From an uncultured Planctomycetaceae bacterium (GTDB taxonomy: Bacteria; Planctomycetota; Planctomycetia; Pirellulales; PALSA-1355): a DNA stretch of 64,000 nucleotides. Position 1 is the first letter of the stretch. Each line of letters starts with the position of its first letter. The notes under the pieces are model-generated. The model ran no database searches and was not told where the DNA came from. It worked only from the letters and a program-made list of their open reading frames with translations. The stretch spans positions 2,048,001 to 2,112,000 of the forward strand of contig CAWAUV010000007.1 of NCBI GenBank assembly GCA_963785305.1, written 5' to 3'. Positions 57,656-64,000 of the stretch are shown here, piece by piece. A program made the translations under genes and the position numbers.

Positions 57656-57988
57656 GGTTGCAGCTTCCTTAAAAAACGCGTTGGTTCATTGACCGACTGC
57701 CGCCATGCTGCCAATCCGGTACCTGCGAAAGCACCGGTGGTCCGCTAGCATTCACGGCGCCCGTCACGTTCATGACGAGCAACATTCCAGGAGCAGTTCT
57801 ATAGGCCGCGAATCTCGTCGGCCAGCGTGTTTCCCTGGTATTCGCATCGTGACCAACTTACGTAGTACACTCGCCGGTTTGCCAGCGCTCCCTTCTGGTA
57901 AACGAAAAAACGGCCCCGTGCGCCGAGGCGCAAACGGCGGTTACCGTATCTCGCGCGGGTGATCGCCGCGCGGATCGACGCCAGTGGC

Positions 57989-58270
57989 TCAGACCACATG
58001 CAGCGTGGGGCGGCGGCGGGCGGTGCGCACGAAGCCGACGCTCTCGAGCGCCTTGTAGACTTCTTCGAGCGTCTTTTCCCCGAAATTCGAAATGCTCAAA
58101 AGGTCTTCCCGCGTGGAATTCAGCAAGTCGTTCACAGTGAAGATGCCGCGTTCCTCGAGGCAGTTCGTGGTGCGAACCGTCAGACCGATCTCGGCGGTGC
58201 TCATCTCCAGCCGCGCGGCCATATCCTGAGCTTCGTTGCCAACCGTGGGCAAAGGAATGCGTGTCGACAT
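57989..58270 (-). CDS. Stand-alone RNA polymerase alpha-subunit C-terminal domain protein
   Basis: EIGLTVRTTNCLEERGIFTVNDLL..EDLLSISNFGEKTLEEV. Confidence 0.9.
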   Translation of the reverse strand: MSTRIPLPTVGNEAQDMAARLEMSTAEIGLTVRTTNCLEERGIFTVNDLLNSTREDLLSISNFGEKTLEEVYKALESVGFVRTARRRPTLHVV

Positions 58271-58446
58271 GATGGGGTCCCTCCCTTGTGCAAGAAAATA
58301 AAAACGGCTCTTATCGAACCGAACATACGCCAAGCCGGGCATGCGATCCGCCCTTGCAAGCGGCCAATGCGCGGCGCCTCCCTGATGCCGCATTGACCCG
58401 GTAGCATAGCAGGGCGCCGAAAAAAATCCAACCCGACTTTTCCGAC

Positions 58447-60214
58447 TCACTGCCCCTGCATCACGCGAATCAGCTCCTGCATGCTGGTCACTCCGCGAGC
58501 CACCAGCAGCACGCCTTCGTCTTGCAAGTTGCGGTGCTTGGCTTTGCGAGCGGCGTCGCGCAGCAGCTCCAGCTTCGGTTGCTTGACGAGTATCTGCCGC
58601 ATGGGGTCGGTCACCATGAGCAACTCATAGATTCCGGTGCGTCCCACATAGCCAATGCCGCCGCAGGCCTCGCATTTGATTTCCGGATGCTTCGGATCGA
58701 TCGGCTTCGTGGGCGGACGATAAAAGGCCGGCAGCTTCGGCGGCAGGCCGAAGCGCTGTATCACTTCGGGCGGCGGCGCGTAGGCCTCCTTGCATTTTTC
58801 GCACAACTTGCGAACCAGCCGGCCGTTGACCACGGCCGTGACCGCCTTGGCATATTCGAGCGGCGGAACCTTGAGCATCAAGATTCGCAACAGCGCCTCG
58901 ACCGCTTCCTTGGCCCGGGTCGAGGTAAACACGAATCGGTCCTCGTTGAGCACCTGGCCGAACAGGATCGACGCCGATTCGGCGTTGACCATGTTGCGCA
59001 CCACGAACGCGTCGGGATACGAGAGAATCAGACTCGGCAACACGGTGGCGGGCGACTCGCCCGGCGGAGTGAATCGGGTGATGGCCACGTTCATCACATC
59101 GCGCTCCGCGCTCTCGGCCGCTTCGATCGCGACGAAATTGCGCACGAACCGATCCGTGGCGTTGATCGTCACATCGAACAGCGTGCTCAGCCCGCCGGCC
59201 GGGGGAGCGCTCGCGATCAACATGCCCTGCTTGCGGCGGAGCACTTCCGAAAGCTGCTCGATGAGCTTGGGTCGCATGCCGATCGATTCGAGACTCGTGA
59301 ACTGAAGTTTTTTGTTTTCGAGCGCCAGCAGCGCGCGTTCGCCGGTTTCGGTGCCCTGGCTGCTGAAGCGGCATTCGTACTTGTTGTTTTCCGATTCGAC
59401 GCTGATCTTGCCGGCTTGCCGCGCACGGCGCTCGGCGGGATTGAGCGCGGCGAGCGTCTTGAGCACCGCGAGCGCGGGATCGGCTTTTTCGCGCTCTTGC
59501 GAGGGCGCGGTGAGCCACACGCCATCGACCTGATGGCGCACGATTACCTTTTCGCGACCGTAGTCGAGCATGATGCCATCGGCCCGCTTGCGGAGCGCTT
59601 CGTACACGAGCTCGCGCGCGGTGACGAATCCGGGCAAATTGCGGGCCTTGAGCAGCGCGGCGTTGATGTCGCGCTCATTGGCCAGGAGCGGAGTGAATTT
59701 CACGCCGGGCCCGGCGTCGCGATCATCGACCTTTTCGGCGGCCACGGCCATGCCGATTCGGGCGGCGAGTTCCGAAATCATGCGGCGGAGGTGGGCTCGC
59801 GTGAGCAAGCGGTCGTCGGCCGGCGCGGATTTGTTGCGAATCACGACATAAGTGATTGGCGGCGCGGCGTAGGCCACGACCAGCAGCGTGTAGCCGAGGG
59901 CGAACCAGGGAATGAGAAACATCAACACAAGCGCCGCGAGGAAGCAGCCGACCAGGATGCCGTTCCATAGTTTGTAGTTCTGCGCGTGTGCGCCATGTCG
60001 CGGCTGAGCCAGTCGGTCGTGGAGATCCAGAGGGCAAACAGCAGCCAGTAGGCGCCGATTTTCCAGGGGCTGAGATAAAAGCCCGACCCGCGCGTGAAAC
60101 CGACGAACGGCGGCCACGCTCCGCCGCCCTCTTGGCGCACGCGATCTCGGGGCCCGCGGCGAGGACGAATAGCGCCACGGCGCCAAGCGCCAACAGCGGC
60201 CTGACGAAGCGCAT
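58447..60214 (-). CDS. GspE/PilB-like protein with N-terminal TM segments and degenerate Walker motifs (frameshifted N-terminus)
   Basis: RHQVDGVW, RLVRKLCEKC, CEACGGIGYVGRTGIYELL; P-loop reads SAPPAGGLST; TAATG overlap with pilT. Confidence 0.85.
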
Positions 60215-61401
60215 TACAGAATCCCGGGTGTCGAAACAGAGATGCCTTTGAGGGCCATTTTGAGAGCTTCCACGTTGGGCGAAACCTCAAGCGCCACCGA
60301 GCGATCGATCAGTTGCTTATTTACCAGGTCCACCAGGCTCATGTTGAAATCTTGCATGCCATCGCCGCCCGACATGCGAATCGCGTCGGGCAGCTTGGAG
60401 TCTTTTTCCTCGAGAATCAGCTTGCGCACCGTGGGCGTGAAGGTCATGATCTCGACCGTGGGCACGCGCGACACGCCGGGCTTGATGCTCTTGAGCAGCT
60501 TCTGCGAGACGATGCCTTTCATATTGAAGGCCATGGCGCTGCGCAGGGCCGGATGCATCTCCGGCGGGAAGAGGTCGAGAATACGCCCGATCGTGCTCGA
60601 GGCGCTCGCGGCGTGGATGGTTCCAAACACCAAGTGGCCGGTTTCGGCGGCGTGGATCGCGGTCATGAAAGTTTCGCGATCGCGCATTTCGCCCACCAAC
60701 ATCACATCGGGATCTTCGCGCACCGCGTGCTTCATGCCGATCTCGAAGTCCTTCACGTCGAGCCCGATTTCGCGCTGATTGATCAGGCACTTATCCTCGG
60801 TGAAGATGAATTCGATCGGGTCCTCGAGCGTGAGAATGTGCTTGCGATAATTGGCGTTGATCCAATTGAGCATGCAAGCGATCGTGGTGCTTTTGCCCGA
60901 ACCGGTCACGCCGGCCAGGAGCACCATGCCCTGATCGAACTTGCACAATGTCTCGATCACCGGCGGCAAGAAGAGGCCCTCGAAGGGCGGAATTTTGTTA
61001 TTCACCCGGCGGGCGACGAGGCCCACGTGCGTGAGTTGCGTGAGCAGATTGACGCGGAACCGCCACATCACGCCATCGCACTCGCAGGTGTAGGCGAAGT
61101 CGGCGCCGCCGTCGCGCTCGAAGATCTTGCGGTTGCGCTCGTTCATCATCGGAAAACAGAGCCGCATCATCTCCTCGTCGTCGATCGGCCCGCGATTCAT
61201 CGGGCGGAGCGAGCCCTTGGTGCGAATAATCGGCGGGCGCCCGACCTTGAGATGCAAGTCGCTGCCTTCGAGCTTGACGAGCGCGCGGAAGATCTTGTCG
61301 ATCTCGAGTTCCTCTTTCTTGACGAGGAACTTGGCGGCCATTTGTTCAATGGAAGTCGCCGGAATATCCTCGACCACCGGCGCCGGAGCATGGGAACCCA
61401 T
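60214..61401 (-). CDS. pilT: PilT/PilU-family type IV pilus ATPase
   Basis: GSDLHL, GVTGSGKSTT, TLEDPIE, REDPDVMLVGEMRD, AAETGHLVFGTIH. Confidence 0.93.
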   Translation of the reverse strand: MGSHAPAPVVEDIPATSIEQMAAKFLVKKEELEIDKIFRALVKLEGSDLHLKVGRPPIIRTKGSLRPMNRGPIDDEEMMRLCFPMMNERNRKIFERDGGADFAYTCECDGVMWRFRVNLLTQLTHVGLVARRVNNKIPPFEGLFLPPVIETLCKFDQGMVLLAGVTGSGKSTTIACMLNWINANYRKHILTLEDPIEFIFTEDKCLINQREIGLDVKDFEIGMKHAVREDPDVMLVGEMRDRETFMTAIHAAETGHLVFGTIHAASASSTIGRILDLFPPEMHPALRSAMAFNMKGIVSQKLLKSIKPGVSRVPTVEIMTFTPTVRKLILEEKDSKLPDAIRMSGGDGMQDFNMSLVDLVNKQLIDRSVALEVSPNVEALKMALKGISVSTPGIL

Positions 61402-61522
61402 CGTTTCGATTCCTTCACGAAATGGATGCGACGAAATTGTTCTCGACGGACCAACTCGCGGCGCGAACGGTTCGGCGAGCTTTCGCGACACGCCCGTTCG
61501 CCGGCCGCGTCGGCCCTCGCGG

Positions 61523-62307
<785 letters not shown>

Positions 62308-62453
62308 GGGCATCCGAAAACGAAAAACGGGTAGCGAGGAGCGCGCATTGCGCAAGTCACGCGGTCCGAGAAGGCGCCGACCACGCTTTTCACTGTAAAT
62401 CCCTCGCGCCGGCCGGTCAATCGGGTCGGACTGGGCAACTGGGCAACGCCGCG

Positions 62454-63020
62454 CTATTCGGCTCGCAATTGTCGTTCAAAGGCTCGCAGTTGGCTCGGCC
62501 AGGAGTTCGAGCTCGCCATTCGCTCGACGAGCGCGGGCATGGCTCGCTCCGTTTTCTCGACCAAACCGCGCGGTGGATTTCCGAAGATACCCCGTTTGAT
62601 TGCGAGTCGGTCCTTCCGCTCCCAGTCCGCCCCGTCGCCATTTTCGCGCCCAGGCAAGCCAAGCATCGGTCGACGGGCTCGGCGTCATGTAAATGGTTCG
62701 CACTGGGCTCGCCCGTGAAGCGGGCGGCAACGACGCGAGGGTCTCGGAAACGCGAGCCGAGATTTCATCTTTCCGTGAGGCATTGTCCGGCGTGGCGCCG
62801 GGCTGCGTCGGCGGCGCGTCGAGATCGAAATGAATCGCGAGCAGATCAAAATGACCGAAGTGAGCCGCCCGAGCGAAGAGCGCGGCGTCACGGCGCACAA
62901 TCTCGAAACCTCGCGACGTGAATTTCATGGGTTCGACCGCCGCGCCCGGATGCGCGGCAGGAGGAGCGCCCGCGCCACGATTTCATCCGAAGGTCCCTCG
63001 GTGGCCGGCAGCACTCGCAT
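62454..63020 (-). CDS. Putative TOPRIM-like (DUF4276/DUF4435-type) partner of the ATPase; two frameshifts
   Basis: ATG 2 nt after the ATPase stop: [13 protein letters not shown], then LLAIHFDLD and [11 protein letters not shown] in following frames. Confidence 0.55.
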
Positions 63021-63022
63021 CG

Positions 63023-64000
63023 TCAGCCGATCGATTCCTTGATGGCATCCTCGAGCAGGCCGGTTTCCCAAACTTCGCCCAGGGAGGTTTCGAGATCACC
63101 GGCGCCGAGTTTGAATTTCAACACTTCTTCCAGGGGCTTCGCCATGGTTCCACCGCCCGGAGCGCGGGTCACGATCCGAATTTCACTTGTTCGATCGCTC
63201 AAGTAATTGATGAATGATGGGCTATGCGTGGTGATGACGATCTGGATCGTGCCTTGCCCGTCAAGTCCGTCGTAAGCGGCTTCGGTCAGAAGTTCGATCA
63301 CATCGGCGTAGCGGGAATGATGAAAACCGCGATCGATTTCCTCGATGGCGATCGTGGCGTCGGCCTTCGTGGCATACAGCACGCACAAGAGGCCGATCAA
63401 CTGGCGATCGCCCCACGACAAATGCACCGCCGGAAAGGCCCGCTGCTGGCCCCGGTCTCGCAGACCCCAATACACTTTGCCCGACGCCGACCACAATTCG
63501 ATCGATTCCGTTTCCGGTCGAAAGCGGAAGAATCGCCGCTCGAGCATCGCAAAGCGATCAGGCAACGTATCTTTCAGCTAGGCAAGAAATCCGGCCACTC
63601 CAAAGCCATCGCGCGAGACATATTCATGTTCTGGATCGACGCCCTGTTCGATCACCGCGGGATTGAGCTCATAGCTCACGACCGATTTCATCGCCTTGGC
63701 CACGGTCGCCACTTCATCCCGCTCCGGCCCGGAAATACCGTCGCTCGGGTTCGAAATCGTTCCGGACACCGGCGAACTTTGCCAAACGAAGCTCGCGAGC
63801 ACATGCTGGTCGCTGATTCGAGTAAGTCGTTCCTCGGCCACCCGGGCGTCGCCATCGCGTTCCTTGAGCGCAATGTGGTATTTATAATCACGGCTTCCAG
63901 CTCGAAGCTGAAGGTCAACGCGCATCGTTTCGATGTTGCCAAAGCCTTTCGAGCGCTGCCAACCCAGGGACCAAGGCGGCGGACCGAATGCGCGCGAGAC
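63023..64000 (-). CDS. ABC/AAA_21-type ATPase, partial (N-terminus beyond window), frameshift near 63580
   Basis: Signature LSWG, Walker B IAIEEIDRGFH, H-loop IVITTHSP, LGEVWETGLL. Confidence 0.85.

Overview
High-GC bacterial chromosome segment, most likely from a planctomycete (Pirellulales-like). This is inferred from the extended SecA, a stand-alone RNA polymerase alpha-CTD protein, DUF6655/DUF11-type proteins, WQNP..DVNGDG dockerin modules and typical REP-like palindromes. The flanks hold housekeeping and envelope genes (waaA, secA, rfbF, phosphohexomutase, sucCD, transporters, LpoB-like/COG3014 lipoproteins; gspE-like, pilT, hisF). Many carry single-base frameshifts that look like long-read indel errors. 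There are four accessory components. (1) A lower-GC two-gene cassette at 9.6-11.5 kb: a Pol-beta/GlnD-like nucleotidyltransferase coupled to an Endonuclease IV-like TIM barrel, a candidate defence system. (2) A ~23 kb minus-strand array (30.1-53.4 kb) of six 5'-truncated RHS toxin/immunity cassettes plus one fragment. The shared body is LamG-YD-dockerin-RHS core; three tips look colicin M-like and one ART-like. (3) Four IS elements (ISKra4-like, IS256, IS1380, ISAzo13) and two diverged copies of a 187-bp MITE-like element with 3-bp target duplications. (4) An ABC-type ATPase plus TOPRIM-like gene pair at the right edge. All family assignments come from motif recognition by eye, not database searches.
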